Positions 52,284 through 63,023 of a DNA stretch of 64,000 bases are shown here, in pieces. The stretch's first letter is position 1, and each line of letters begins with the position of its first letter. The position numbers and the translations under genes were made by a program. The stretch is from contig CP181398.1 of assembly GCA_047946875.1 (NCBI GenBank), positions 649,041 to 713,040 on the forward strand, written 5' to 3'. The DNA comes from Candidatus Kerfeldbacteria bacterium (GTDB lineage Bacteria; Patescibacteriota; Patescibacteriia; UBA10025; JAHIVO01). The notes under the pieces are model-generated. The model did not search any database, had not been told where the DNA came from, and was given only the letters and a program-made list of their open reading frames with translations.

Positions 52284-53075
52284 CTATTTACTATTAATAA
52301 ATGAAATCATCTTGTCATGTATGGGTTGACTGGCAGCTACAAAAGAATAATCCTGTAAATAATTTTCTCTATCAACTTTGAAATCAAATTTATTACTGAT
52401 AATATCAGTAGCTAACCCACCTGCTTCTTCTACTATCAAGCTGGTCGCTGCTACATCCCATATTTTAGCAGTTCTATAAACACAACCACCAAGCCGTCCA
52501 TCAGCTACATAACACGAGTCTATCACACTATTTGTTGATCTAAAGTTTCGTGCATTTTGTACTATCGAAACTATTGGGTTAACCTCCTCTTTTATTTTTT
52601 CAATATCCTCAGAAAAATCTAAAGAATAAGCTATCAAAAGATTTTGCATTTCTTCGTCCTCAGTCACGCCAATTTCCTGGCCATTTTTTGTCACACCTTC
52701 TCCTAATTCTGCCAAATATATTTCCTTAGTAGCAGGTAGATGAACACCAGCCAAAAGTACCTTACCTTTTTTTACTAAAGCTATCATACTCCCAAACCAA
52801 GGAATTCCAACTGCATAATTCGAAGTGCCATCCAACGGATCAACAATCCATGTATACTCAGATTCATTATCAACAAAACCACTCTCCTCAGCAATGATGT
52901 TGTGTTTCGGATATTTATTTTTAATTAATTCTACGATTACTTGCTCTGATTCAATATCAGCTTTAGTGACAATATTACTCTGATCTCCTTTTACTGAGTA
53001 ATCATCAAATTCGCCAAAATATTTCATCAATACTTCGCCGGATTTAATTAATGATTCATTAATTAATTCTTTCAT
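52284..53075 (-). CDS. Inositol monophosphatase family (SuhB-like)
   Basis: VTKAD, WIVDPLDGTSNY, WDVAA..VEEAGG. Confidence 0.93.
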   Translation of the reverse strand: MKELINESLIKSGEVLMKYFGEFDDYSVKGDQSNIVTKADIESEQVIVELIKNKYPKHNIIAEESGFVDNESEYTWIVDPLDGTSNYAVGIPWFGSMIALVKKGKVLLAGVHLPATKEIYLAELGEGVTKNGQEIGVTEDEEMQNLLIAYSLDFSEDIEKIKEEVNPIVSIVQNARNFRSTNSVIDSCYVADGRLGGCVYRTAKIWDVAATSLIVEEAGGLATDIISNKFDFKVDRENYLQDYSFVAASQPIHDKMISFINSK

Positions 53076-53125
53076 AACTAAATTTTATACTCAGTAGTTA
53101 ATTAAAATTAGGATAATAAATATTT

Positions 53126-54466
53126 TTAACTATCTAACTTGTGTTTTAAATAATTAACCAATTCATCAACAGAAATTCTCTCTTGTTCCATAGTATCTCT
53201 ATCTCTGACTGTTACTTTTTTATCATCATTACTATCGAAATCGTAAGTCACACAATATGGCGTACCTATTTCATCCTGTCTTCGATATCTCCTACCTATA
53301 GAGGATGCATCGTCATATGCCACCATCCAATATTTTTGTAATTCTTTGTACAAATCTTTAGCTGATCCACTTACTTCTTCTTTCTTGGACAATGGTAATA
53401 TTGCTACTTTATATGGAGCCAAATCTTTGTGTAATTTTAAAACCATTTCTTTTTCTTTGTTACTCTCTGTAGTAGTAGATCTGCCACCATCTATCTCTTC
53501 ATAGGCATCCAATAAAAATGCTAACATAGCTCGATCTACTCCAGCTGATGGCTCAATCACATATGGAACAAATTCTTCTTTATCAACATCGTCTTTGTAT
53601 GTTATCCCATGTGCCTTCAAGTCATAGTCTGTACGATTGGCAATCCCCATTAATTCTGCAAAGCCTTTGTCAAAAGGAAAATTATATTCTAGATCAATAG
53701 TCTCTTTGGAATAATGTGCCAACTCTTTTCCTTTTTGTTCATACTTACGAATATTTTCTTTTTTTATTCCTAAATCTATAAAAAAATTATAGCTAGCATC
53801 TACAAATTCTTTGAAATATTTTTTATCATCCTTTGGGTTAACAAAAAATTCTAACTCCATCTGTTCAAATTCACGTGAACGAAATATAAAATTACCTGGA
53901 GTAATCTCATTACGAAATGCTTTGCCAATCTGAGCAATACCAAATGGAACTTTTTTTCTCATTGACTGACGAATGTTATCAAACTGCACAAAAATATTCT
54001 GAGCAGTTTCCGGTCGTAGATAAGCAGTACTTGCCGTATCTTCGGTCGGACCGACAAAAGTCTTAAACATGGTATTAAAATCCTTCGGTTTGGTTAAATC
54101 ATCACTTTGACAATACGGACATTTTAAAAAACCTGGTTCATTAGAAAAATCAGCTTCCTTAAAACGTTGATGACATTTCTTGCATTCAACAAGTTTGTCT
54201 GAAAAACCTTGGACATGACCACTATTTTTCCAAACAGTTGAATTTGTAATAATACTGGAATCAAGTCCAACCACGTCATCTCTTTGCTGAACAAATTTCT
54301 TCCACCAGACTTTCTTGATATTATTCTTAAGTTCTACTCCCAATGGACCATAATCCCAAAATCCCTGCAGGCCACCATAAACTTCTGCAGATTGAAAAAT
54401 AAAACCCCGCCTTTTACAAAGTGAAATCAGTTTTTCCATTTTTGTGTTTTCTTGTTTCTTTTCCAT
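53126..54466 (-). CDS. glyQS: Glycine--tRNA ligase (alpha2 type)
   Basis: CKRRGF, YLRPETAQ, FRNEITP, IEPSAGVDR, SIGRRYRRQDEIGTP. Confidence 0.98.
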   Translation of the reverse strand: MEKKQENTKMEKLISLCKRRGFIFQSAEVYGGLQGFWDYGPLGVELKNNIKKVWWKKFVQQRDDVVGLDSSIITNSTVWKNSGHVQGFSDKLVECKKCHQRFKEADFSNEPGFLKCPYCQSDDLTKPKDFNTMFKTFVGPTEDTASTAYLRPETAQNIFVQFDNIRQSMRKKVPFGIAQIGKAFRNEITPGNFIFRSREFEQMELEFFVNPKDDKKYFKEFVDASYNFFIDLGIKKENIRKYEQKGKELAHYSKETIDLEYNFPFDKGFAELMGIANRTDYDLKAHGITYKDDVDKEEFVPYVIEPSAGVDRAMLAFLLDAYEEIDGGRSTTTESNKEKEMVLKLHKDLAPYKVAILPLSKKEEVSGSAKDLYKELQKYWMVAYDDASSIGRRYRRQDEIGTPYCVTYDFDSNDDKKVTVRDRDTMEQERISVDELVNYLKHKLDS

Positions 54467-54544
54467 AAATATAGATATATTATAACGATTATATTGCATT
54501 TCAGCAAATAAAAAAGTCGAACTAAAAAGTTCGACTTATAAAAA

Positions 54545-55108
54545 TTATGAAACGATATCAGAACTCTGCAGAACTGAACCAACAAACTCATTACTTGAGA
54601 TAGTTGAATATTCACTAAATCTCAAAAAAGAAGGCTGATCACTAGAAAGAAATTTACTGCTTGCATCCTCCATAAATCCAGCAGTTAATTCAAAATGTCC
54701 AACATTTTCTCTGTTATCGATCAATGATTCAGCTAACTCACTCTCAGTATCGAATACAGCTCCAATAATAACACTGGTTAATGGAATAGAATAATCCAAA
54801 TATGGTGCAGTCTCTGCATTTGAAATACATCGGATTATTTCTAAGTCAGCTGGAGTAAAGAGAAATCCCTCTTTGCGAAAACATTCTAAATAGATTGCTA
54901 TTTGAGCACATCTTGGAACTGATAAATCAATATTAAGATGGACCATATTCGTACTGCCGGTAATAATTTGACTATTAAGAAAATCGCATTGCTGTGAATC
55001 ATTACACATCAACAGTATCGGCATAGCTAATGAACTGTCATCAGTATCACAGTAACGAGAAATAAAAATTTGCGGAACTCCAAAATTCATAACTGCATGG
55101 TTCGACAT
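54545..55108 (-). CDS. Hypothetical protein; cassette gene
   Basis: TTGACT 55174-55179, TGATCATTCAAA, AGGAGG SD, terminator 54510-54537. Confidence 0.7.
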   Translation of the reverse strand: MSNHAVMNFGVPQIFISRYCDTDDSSLAMPILLMCNDSQQCDFLNSQIITGSTNMVHLNIDLSVPRCAQIAIYLECFRKEGFLFTPADLEIIRCISNAETAPYLDYSIPLTSVIIGAVFDTESELAESLIDNRENVGHFELTAGFMEDASSKFLSSDQPSFLRFSEYSTISSNEFVGSVLQSSDIVS

Positions 55109-55236
55109 ATGTCCTCCTTATTATTTTTTGAATGATCATTTAATTAAACAATCTTCTCATATTGAAATAATTAAGTCAATAAAAAAACTGGCGGTGCAAA
55201 GCAACGCCAGTTTAAAGAACAAAATTAGATTTTCGA

Positions 55237-55950
55237 TTAGTTAACGGTACAGAGACCACTTGGAGGTTTTTTTACAACTTCCGTGATTTGTGGAATATCC
55301 GATACCACCTTTGGCTCTGGTGCGACATAATCAACACCCATAACCAAGCAAATCATCTCATTGTAATCTACTGGCCGAATCTCGGCCGCAGAAGCTATGT
55401 AATTCCACTGACCTTCAACCAAATGAAATCTACGATTATCTTCCAAGATAATAACCGCATTACTTTGGCGAAGCCATCTAGAATTATTAACTAGCGTAAT
55501 AAGTTTCACGCGTAACGACCAGTCATCAGTAAAGAGACAGACCATATTATATGGAGTGATCGGGTTCGGCAAACGATTAGCAAAAATACTTTGCCTAACC
55601 ATGTTTCTCACTTCATAAGTAACTGTTTTCTGATCCAGTGAATCAGCAGTTAATTTCTCCATACTCACAGAAACCACTTCAAGATAATGAGCACGAAGCG
55701 AATCATGATTCGGTGCGTCCTCCCAGATTGCCATACCGCTTGATGTAGCACCGACAACTACTTTATCAGCCGCACTTGAATTGCTAGCAAATATCATAAC
55801 AATAATTGCTAATACTGCGAATGCAATCATTCTTCCCTTACCATGTCCACCTGCTTCGTGTTTCTCATTGTCCTGATCAATCTGTTTGGACACTTTTTGA
55901 GTTCGGCATCTTTTTTCATCCACCGAACCAGATGTTAAATCGTAAGTCAT
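55237..55950 (-). CDS. Hypothetical membrane-anchored/secreted protein; cassette gene
   Basis: Hydrophobic segment near residue 42-56; TTGACA-17-TAATGT, AAGGAG SD, terminator 55181-55213. Confidence 0.75.
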   Translation of the reverse strand: MTYDLTSGSVDEKRCRTQKVSKQIDQDNEKHEAGGHGKGRMIAFAVLAIIVMIFASNSSAADKVVVGATSSGMAIWEDAPNHDSLRAHYLEVVSVSMEKLTADSLDQKTVTYEVRNMVRQSIFANRLPNPITPYNMVCLFTDDWSLRVKLITLVNNSRWLRQSNAVIILEDNRRFHLVEGQWNYIASAAEIRPVDYNEMICLVMGVDYVAPEPKVVSDIPQITEVVKKPPSGLCTVN

Positions 55951-56206
55951 ATTGACTCCTTGTCATGTTTGTACTTTCCTTAAGTACGTTTTTTGAATTT
56001 CATTATCCTATAATAATTATTCCTATTTTGTTATTATTTTAACGTGCAAAATAACTCAATACATTAACATTATATTGATTTTTTGTCAAGAGGTAATAAA
56101 AAAAACACACTCTTTGATTACAAAAGAAACATTGAAATTAGATAATTGCCGTATCTCATACTTGTCAAACTTTGACATTGTCCCTATTAAGAAATATAAT
56201 TAGATT

Positions 56207-56581
56207 ATGAATAAATCACAAAAAATATTAATTTTTGCTTTCGCATTATTGCTAGTATTATCACCTATTTTTCTTTATGCTGCGACTTTTGAATTTGATC
56301 CAGATAATCGCATAAAAAATGGACTAGAAGGAGAAATTACCACTGTAAATCCAGAAGATATTACAACAAATACTATGAGCTGGATACTAGGTTTATTAGG
56401 ACTAATATCTGTAATAATTGTACTATATGGTGGATTCAGTTGGATGACTGCAGCTGGTAATGAAGAAAAATTATCAAAAGCAAAAAAATTATTAACCTAC
56501 TCAATCATAGGACTAATAGTTATTCTTTTTGCTTGGGTTATGGTTTCTTTTGTATTTGATACAGCAAACAATAGCTTCTAA
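56207..56581 (+). CDS. CPR-type pilin (TrbC/VirB2-like)
   Basis: YGGFSWMTAAGNEEKLSKAKK..IIGL; TTGACA-17-TATAAT 6 nt before ATG. Confidence 0.85.
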   Translation: MNKSQKILIFAFALLLVLSPIFLYAATFEFDPDNRIKNGLEGEITTVNPEDITTNTMSWILGLLGLISVIIVLYGGFSWMTAAGNEEKLSKAKKLLTYSIIGLIVILFAWVMVSFVFDTANNSF

Positions 56582-56594
56582 AAAATATATTTCC

Positions 56595-59363
56595 TTATAT
56601 TTCTCTGGCTTGCCTAACACTTATCTTACCGCCGGATTCTAAGACCGCAACATCACGACGGCCTATTTTACCTTGCAATAAATAATTTGCCAATGCATTA
56701 TCGACTGTATCTTGAATAGCTCTACGTAATGGTCTTGCTCCAAATTGAGGATCATATCCCTTTTGTGCTAATTCTTCTTTTGCCTTATCAGTAGCTTCCA
56801 AACGTATACCTTTTCGAGCTAAACGTTTTTCGACTTTTTTTAACATCAAATCTACAATCATTAAAATATGTTGCAAGGTAAGAGGCGTAAAGACTACAAT
56901 ATTATCAAAACGATTTAAAAACTCAGGTCTAAAATATGGCTTAAGAGCTTCATTAATTAATTCTTCTTTAATTTGATCCATTTTAATTTTTTGATTAATT
57001 CTATCTTGAATTAATGAAGTACCGGCATTGGAAGTAGCAATAATAATTGTATTTGTAAAATCAATAGTACGTCCCAAAGTATCTGTCAATCTACCATCAT
57101 CCATTACTTGTAAAAATATATTCAAAATATCAGGATGTGCTTTTTCAATTTCGTCCAATAGCACTAATGAAAAAGGCTTAGCTCTAACTGCTTCAGTCAA
57201 AAATCCACCACGAGCAGAGCCGTCATACCCAGGAGGCGCACCTATCAATCTATTGATAGACGACTTCTCCTGATACTCAGACATATCCAATCTGATCATA
57301 TTGTCTTCCGATCCAAAATATACATCAGCAACTGTCTTGGCGAGTTCTGTCTTACCTACACCGGTTGGTCCAAGGAATAATAGATTAACAATTGGACGTT
57401 TAGCATCACGAAGCTCAGCTCTGGCACGTCTCAATGCAGTTGATACAGCCTTCACTGCCTCTTCTTGATTTACCATTCGTTTATGAATAAGCTCTTCAAG
57501 ATTCAAAAGCTTTTCAGTTTCTTTTTCGTTAATTTTTGTTACGGGGACATTTGTCTTTCCTGATATAACTTCTGCGACATCTTCACCAGTGACAATCGCA
57601 TTTTTTCCTTTTTTCCTTCTAGCATATACTGCTACCTCTCCTAATAAAGTAATAGCTTTTTCTGGAAAATATCGATCCTGAATATAACGACCAGACAATC
57701 TAACAGTCTTTTGAATAGAATCATAAGAAAAGAAAATTTGGTTTTTTGCTTCCAACGTTCCAGCCTTAGCTTCCAGCACTCGAATTGTCCCATTAATATC
57801 TAATTCTTCTATCGGTACTTTTTGGAATACAGAAGTTAGAGCAGTACTACTCTCAATATATCTAGTGTAATCCATCGGTGAAGTAGTCGCGATACTATAA
57901 AATAACCCATGTTGTAAAGCATTCGCCAAAATATCAGAGATGTCCAAATTTTCAGCACCTTGCGTAGAAACTCCTACCATATTCTGAATATTATCAATAA
58001 TTAATACTATATTTCCAGAACGTGTAATTTCATTAATTATTTGCATTAACAAGCCTTCTAATTCACCTTGCCGACCAGCTGCACTAACTAAAGACGGTAC
58101 AGATAGACTAACCATCCTCATATCTTGTAACATTTCTGGTACTTCTTCTGAAGCCATTAGCTCTGCAATACCCTCTATAATACTTGTCTTACCAACACCT
58201 GGATTACCAGAAAGAATAACACTTTTACCACCCTCTAAAATTCGTAGTGTTGTCTCTATCTCTCTATCTCTACCAATACAAGGTGACGTTACTCCTTGTC
58301 TAGCCAAACTGGTAATATCTCTACTAAATCTATCCAACAAAGGAGTTGCTTGAGATGTCATTGATTTATTCATTACCCCTTTTGATTTATAAGATGCTTT
58401 ATTTCTCCAACGACGCAACTTTTCAGCCAAACGTTGATGAATATTTATCCATTCTGCAACATTAATTATTTCATCTAACTCTATTTCTAAATCAAAAAAT
58501 ATTTCACTAGATAATTTATCAACTTTGACTAAAGCTGTAAGTAAATGTGGAATCTGTACACGTGACTGTCTTGATTGATGCGCCTCATTATAAGCGCTTA
58601 TTAATATTTTTCTAAAATCTGACGATAATATAATATCCTTTTTACCAACTCTTTTTGGTATTCTATTCAAACTCCTTGAAATTTTATCAATCATCAATTG
58701 ACCATCAATACCTAGACGACCTAGTATTGTTTGTGTTTCACTATAAGATAATAAAGTTGCTAACAAATGAATAGGATGAGCCTGTTGATGATCAAATTTT
58801 TTAGCTAATTCCCATGACTTATCTATAGCACGTCTTGCTTCCATAATATAAGTCGGCGAAACATCAATAATTTGTTTTTTGTTTAGTGCCATCACTTGAT
58901 CAAATAAGACCTCAGGTAATGTCTCAGTCAATATAGGATCGAATTTTTTAGCTATAACTTTTTTCTCTAAAATTGATTCTCTCTGAATTCGATAATAGGC
59001 ATACAAATCTGTAAGTAATGTTATAGCAAAAATACCCATCAAACCATTTTTTGTTTTAATAAGTTCAATAAATATCTCATCACCTTTGATAAATTCAATA
59101 TAGGTTACAGCTAAAGCAACTATTCCAATTATTCCAAAAAATATTAAAAATCCGTTTATTAAAGCTTTTACTGTTCTTTCAATTTGTTCCTCAAAAATAT
59201 TCAAAGTATCAACTTTGGATCCCCAAAAAATAAAATTACCATCAAGCCAACCATAAACACCTTTCTCACGGCAACATCCACAATTTTTATCAGCTTCAAG
59301 ACCTGTCCCCTGACAAATAGGGCAATCTATAATGACAAAATTTTTACCTGTCTCAGTCGGCAT
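56595..59363 (-). CDS. ClpA/C-family ATPase with N-terminal Cys motif and two TM helices
   Basis: GNPGVGKT, GPTGVGKTEL, RLDMSEY, LLDEIEKAH, FRPEFLNR, FGARPLRR. Confidence 0.92.
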   Translation of the reverse strand: MPTETGKNFVIIDCPICQGTGLEADKNCGCCREKGVYGWLDGNFIFWGSKVDTLNIFEEQIERTVKALINGFLIFFGIIGIVALAVTYIEFIKGDEIFIELIKTKNGLMGIFAITLLTDLYAYYRIQRESILEKKVIAKKFDPILTETLPEVLFDQVMALNKKQIIDVSPTYIMEARRAIDKSWELAKKFDHQQAHPIHLLATLLSYSETQTILGRLGIDGQLMIDKISRSLNRIPKRVGKKDIILSSDFRKILISAYNEAHQSRQSRVQIPHLLTALVKVDKLSSEIFFDLEIELDEIINVAEWINIHQRLAEKLRRWRNKASYKSKGVMNKSMTSQATPLLDRFSRDITSLARQGVTSPCIGRDREIETTLRILEGGKSVILSGNPGVGKTSIIEGIAELMASEEVPEMLQDMRMVSLSVPSLVSAAGRQGELEGLLMQIINEITRSGNIVLIIDNIQNMVGVSTQGAENLDISDILANALQHGLFYSIATTSPMDYTRYIESSTALTSVFQKVPIEELDINGTIRVLEAKAGTLEAKNQIFFSYDSIQKTVRLSGRYIQDRYFPEKAITLLGEVAVYARRKKGKNAIVTGEDVAEVISGKTNVPVTKINEKETEKLLNLEELIHKRMVNQEEAVKAVSTALRRARAELRDAKRPIVNLLFLGPTGVGKTELAKTVADVYFGSEDNMIRLDMSEYQEKSSINRLIGAPPGYDGSARGGFLTEAVRAKPFSLVLLDEIEKAHPDILNIFLQVMDDGRLTDTLGRTIDFTNTIIIATSNAGTSLIQDRINQKIKMDQIKEELINEALKPYFRPEFLNRFDNIVVFTPLTLQHILMIVDLMLKKVEKRLARKGIRLEATDKAKEELAQKGYDPQFGARPLRRAIQDTVDNALANYLLQGKIGRRDVAVLESGGKISVRQAREI

Positions 59364-59365
59364 AA

Positions 59366-59761
59366 TTAATTCTCAAAAAATATTAAAGGTATATCTGTAG
59401 TCTGATAAACAATATAATAAATAATTATTAATGGAAGTATTAACCAGCTAATAAACAATAAAAATAATATTATCAACCAAAGTATCGTAGCAATTAGTTT
59501 CCATACTAGAACTATCAACCTCATAAAGAAACTGATAATTCTACCTTCCCGTGTATAGTCCCCATACATTGGCTTAAATATATTTTTTAACCAGATAACC
59601 AAAGCAAGGCGACGATTGATATGAAAGGTCGCACTTTGAATACAATAGTTACCTACTATTTTTAATCCTTTTGTATACCACCAAATCGGAAAATAAATAA
59701 TATCCCAAATAATTTCTATCGCAATATATTTAAGTGTAGCTATGATAATATGATCAGACAT
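59366..59761 (-). CDS. Membrane protein
   Basis: YFPIWWY, FKPMYGDY; overlaps start region of clp operon. Confidence 0.8.
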   Translation of the reverse strand: MSDHIIIATLKYIAIEIIWDIIYFPIWWYTKGLKIVGNYCIQSATFHINRRLALVIWLKNIFKPMYGDYTREGRIISFFMRLIVLVWKLIATILWLIILFLLFISWLILPLIIIYYIVYQTTDIPLIFFEN

Positions 59762-59870
59762 AGTAAAATTGTCTCCTTTATATATATATTCTAACACATT
59801 TTTTTGATTTTGTAAAGGAAAAAAGAACCACAATCTTGGTTCTTTCTTTATTTTTTTTAAAAAATTATTC

Positions 59871-60344
59871 CTAGTTAAAAAAAAGTGAGAAAACTAATTC
59901 ATCTTTACCTGCATGAAAATGATTCTTTAAGATCGCCTCTTGATGCATACCCTTATTTTCAAAAAAGTTTTTTATCTGAATATTGTCTGTATGTATCATA
60001 GAAAAAACTTTGCGTAATTTTGAATTATGTTTTTTATAAAAATAATCAGCCTCTGCAACCATAACATCAAATAACATTTCTTTTACTTCTTCAGACTCAG
60101 ATATATCTTGTAAAACTGTTATTTTAGTTAATTCAGCCACTCCATGTTTTTCTGTACCTTGTGTTCGCCAACTTATTATACCAACTACCTTATCACCATT
60201 ATGAGCGATACGATAATGTTGATACATACATTCATACTCAAAAACGCTTACCGCTTCTTCTTTTGTAATATAACTGTACTTACTTTTTAGCAGTTCTGAA
60301 ACCGCCTGGCCATCTTTACAGTTGGCCTTACGTATTTTTATCAT
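59871..60344 (-). CDS. GNAT-fold protein
   Basis: IRKA, VVGII, FFENKG..EAILKNHF. Confidence 0.75.
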   Translation of the reverse strand: MIKIRKANCKDGQAVSELLKSKYSYITKEEAVSVFEYECMYQHYRIAHNGDKVVGIISWRTQGTEKHGVAELTKITVLQDISESEEVKEMLFDVMVAEADYFYKKHNSKLRKVFSMIHTDNIQIKNFFENKGMHQEAILKNHFHAGKDELVFSLFFN

Positions 60345-60373
60345 GAAACTTATTTTTTTATTTTTATTAAATA

Positions 60374-61135
60374 TTATTCAGTTGTATCTGTCGTAACAGG
60401 AATATCAGTATTAGAATTTAATTCTTCTTCAATAATTTCTTTAAAATCATCCAATGTCTTAGGACTTATCTTCTCCCCATTCAAAAAGAATGATGGAGTT
60501 GAATTTACTTTAGCTCCTATACCACTTGTATAGTCACCATCTACTTTATTTTTAACTGTGCTAGATGTTAAGTCAGTTGTAAATTTCTCTACATCCAATT
60601 CTAATTCTGTAGCATATGTAACAAACATTTCTTCAGGATTTGATTCATTTGACCAACTATTTTGTCCTTCGAATAATTTATCATGCATCTCCCAAAATTT
60701 ACCTTGAACTCCCGCAGCCTCTGATGCCTGAGCTGCTATCTGTGCATTACTATGTATACTTCTGAGTGGAAAATGTCTATATGAAAAATATATATCATCA
60801 CCATATTCATCCATTACTTGATTCATTATATTATAATATGTTGAACAAGCAGGACATTGAAAATCACTATATTCTATCAAAACTATTTGACTCTCTTCAT
60901 TACCCTTAGTTTGGTCTATTTCAGAAATATCATTTACTGTAGTTGTGCTAGTATTATCACCGTCTCCCTGACTTAACCAATATATACCGCCAATAACAAT
61001 TATGATTATTATAGCCCAAGTAGTATATCTAATAATCTTTTTTTTTGAATCATTTTTTTTTCTATTTTCAATCTTCCCTTGTCGTTTTAATTCTCGTCTT
61101 TGTTTTTTTGTTAAAACTTGATCTTGATTATCCAT
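60374..61135 (-). CDS. DsbA family thioredoxin-fold protein
   Basis: EYSDFQCPAC, RHFPL, STPSFFLNG. Confidence 0.93.
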   Translation of the reverse strand: MDNQDQVLTKKQRRELKRQGKIENRKKNDSKKKIIRYTTWAIIIIIVIGGIYWLSQGDGDNTSTTTVNDISEIDQTKGNEESQIVLIEYSDFQCPACSTYYNIMNQVMDEYGDDIYFSYRHFPLRSIHSNAQIAAQASEAAGVQGKFWEMHDKLFEGQNSWSNESNPEEMFVTYATELELDVEKFTTDLTSSTVKNKVDGDYTSGIGAKVNSTPSFFLNGEKISPKTLDDFKEIIEEELNSNTDIPVTTDTTE

Positions 61136-61196
61136 ATATAAAAAAATAATTATTAATTAGCCTATATTGTATCAAATGATAAAAAAAGGTCAACTG

Positions 61197-62789
61197 TTAA
61201 TAAATTTCGTCTTTTTTTTCTTTTTGATATGTTATCCAATCTTCTACTACTTCAATAAATATTTTGAATGGTGCTTCAATAATAAAATCAAAAATAAATA
61301 GGAAAACATTAATTTTAGGTACTTTGGCTGACAACCACTGTCCAACACGCAGAATCGGTAAAGTAAATAAATTTAACAATGCTGAGAAAAAACTATCTCG
61401 CTCATTAACAATTACTAATTCTTTAACTTCATTTCTTAGCTTAAGACCAAAGAAACTAACCGCTGTTAAGAAAAATATAAAGAAAATTATACTTACAATA
61501 TTAAAATTCAATAACCCTAAAGCCCAAACTAAAACACCAAATGATAATAAGAATGTTAAGGCATATAATAAATTAAATACTACTTCTACTACCTTACTAC
61601 GATTAAATACCTTTTTCTTACGATATAAAAATCCTGGATGAGGCTCAGAATAAACAATTCTCATTAATAAATTAGTTATTGTTTGGGTATTTTTTTCTGA
61701 AGGTAATTTTATTGAAGAAGCAATGAATAACATAAGTAGTGGATGAAAAATGATATTAACTAATAAAGGTGTATAAAACGTTAAACCTAATATAAATAAC
61801 TCATAAGGCAGCTCCAAAGCTAAAGCAAGTAACATCTTTGTTATAAAAATATATATTATAGTTCTAATATAACTACGTTTTAATTTTAGTTTAGCTTTTT
61901 GATAACGAAGATTACAATGACGAACAATTTCTTGCTCAAATTGTTTTGGGTGATTGACCAACCCAGTAAAATTTTCTTTATACTCGTCTATAATGTCTTT
62001 CAATATTATAAATATAACTGAGAATTGTCTAACAAATCTAAATAACCGATCATAAAAAGGATGGTTAATCTGGTATTCAATTTTATCTTTAATAGTAGAA
62101 AACTCATTATAAAAACGTTCAATCGCATCTGCATCACCAGATAGCCAGCCGGGCACCAAAAAATCTAACAAATGAAATCTAATTATCCCAAAATCTGATT
62201 TTATTAAAACACGATGTATAGCTATATAAACTTGTAAATCTCTTTCAATCGGATCAACAATATCCTCAGCCAAATCTACATCTTGCCTGATAATTTTATA
62301 CATATATTCAACTAAAGCATCTTCTCTGGTCGGCGGAACTAAATGATGCTCAATCTCAGTTGCTAAGACTGAAAGAATCCAATTTGCATCCTTACGTCTC
62401 TCTTTAGTCAAAAGATTGGGAGCAACACGTCTCAATAAATTCAAATGCTTCTCAATAATATTTTCCACCTCACCAATAACTCTCTCAGGAACTATGTTAT
62501 TTGGTAGATATTTTGCTCGTATCAACTCCGTAATTAATAAATTACCAAAATTTGATTTACGATCTTCAGTATAGAATCTTCTTTTTAACATTCGTTCAAT
62601 CGCATTCTTACGCAATAAATGCTCATCTTTATAATCGATAGCATTCCTAATTCTTTCATAAACAGAAGCGGCTCTACTTATCGTCATTTGAATCTTTATT
62701 TTTGATTCATCACTATCGTATTGATTCTGAGTTGATACTTGTTGAAAAGTATCTATAAATTTAATTGTTGGTTGTGAGATGTTGCTCAT
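61197..62789 (-). CDS. Hypothetical membrane protein
   Basis: 530 aa, YERIRNAIDYKDEHLLRKNAIER, C-terminal TM segments. Confidence 0.85.
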   Translation of the reverse strand: MSNISQPTIKFIDTFQQVSTQNQYDSDESKIKIQMTISRAASVYERIRNAIDYKDEHLLRKNAIERMLKRRFYTEDRKSNFGNLLITELIRAKYLPNNIVPERVIGEVENIIEKHLNLLRRVAPNLLTKERRKDANWILSVLATEIEHHLVPPTREDALVEYMYKIIRQDVDLAEDIVDPIERDLQVYIAIHRVLIKSDFGIIRFHLLDFLVPGWLSGDADAIERFYNEFSTIKDKIEYQINHPFYDRLFRFVRQFSVIFIILKDIIDEYKENFTGLVNHPKQFEQEIVRHCNLRYQKAKLKLKRSYIRTIIYIFITKMLLALALELPYELFILGLTFYTPLLVNIIFHPLLMLFIASSIKLPSEKNTQTITNLLMRIVYSEPHPGFLYRKKKVFNRSKVVEVVFNLLYALTFLLSFGVLVWALGLLNFNIVSIIFFIFFLTAVSFFGLKLRNEVKELVIVNERDSFFSALLNLFTLPILRVGQWLSAKVPKINVFLFIFDFIIEAPFKIFIEVVEDWITYQKEKKDEIY

Positions 62790-62792
62790 TTT

Positions 62793-63022
62793 ATTTTTTT
62801 TGATTTAAAATATTTCTCTTGAAAATTTACCTTTTATTAATTTCTTCATCAGTATATATTATGCCATTAACTTGATTTCCTGATCACCAGTACTCCTCTT
62901 AATAACTGCAGTTATTATACCATTAAATTTATCTATTGACTTATAAATTATATTTATATATTTTGAATGTTTACTTCCCAATCTTCTATCCACAACTACC
63001 TATACTTTTTTCCTAACCAATC
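62793..63022 (-). pseudogene. Decayed small inorganic pyrophosphatase-like gene
   Basis: Broken frames read WLGK/VVVDRRLGSKHSKY..FNGIITAVIKR..EIKL/YTDEEI..NFQEKYF. Confidence 0.55.
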
Positions 63023-63023
63023 T

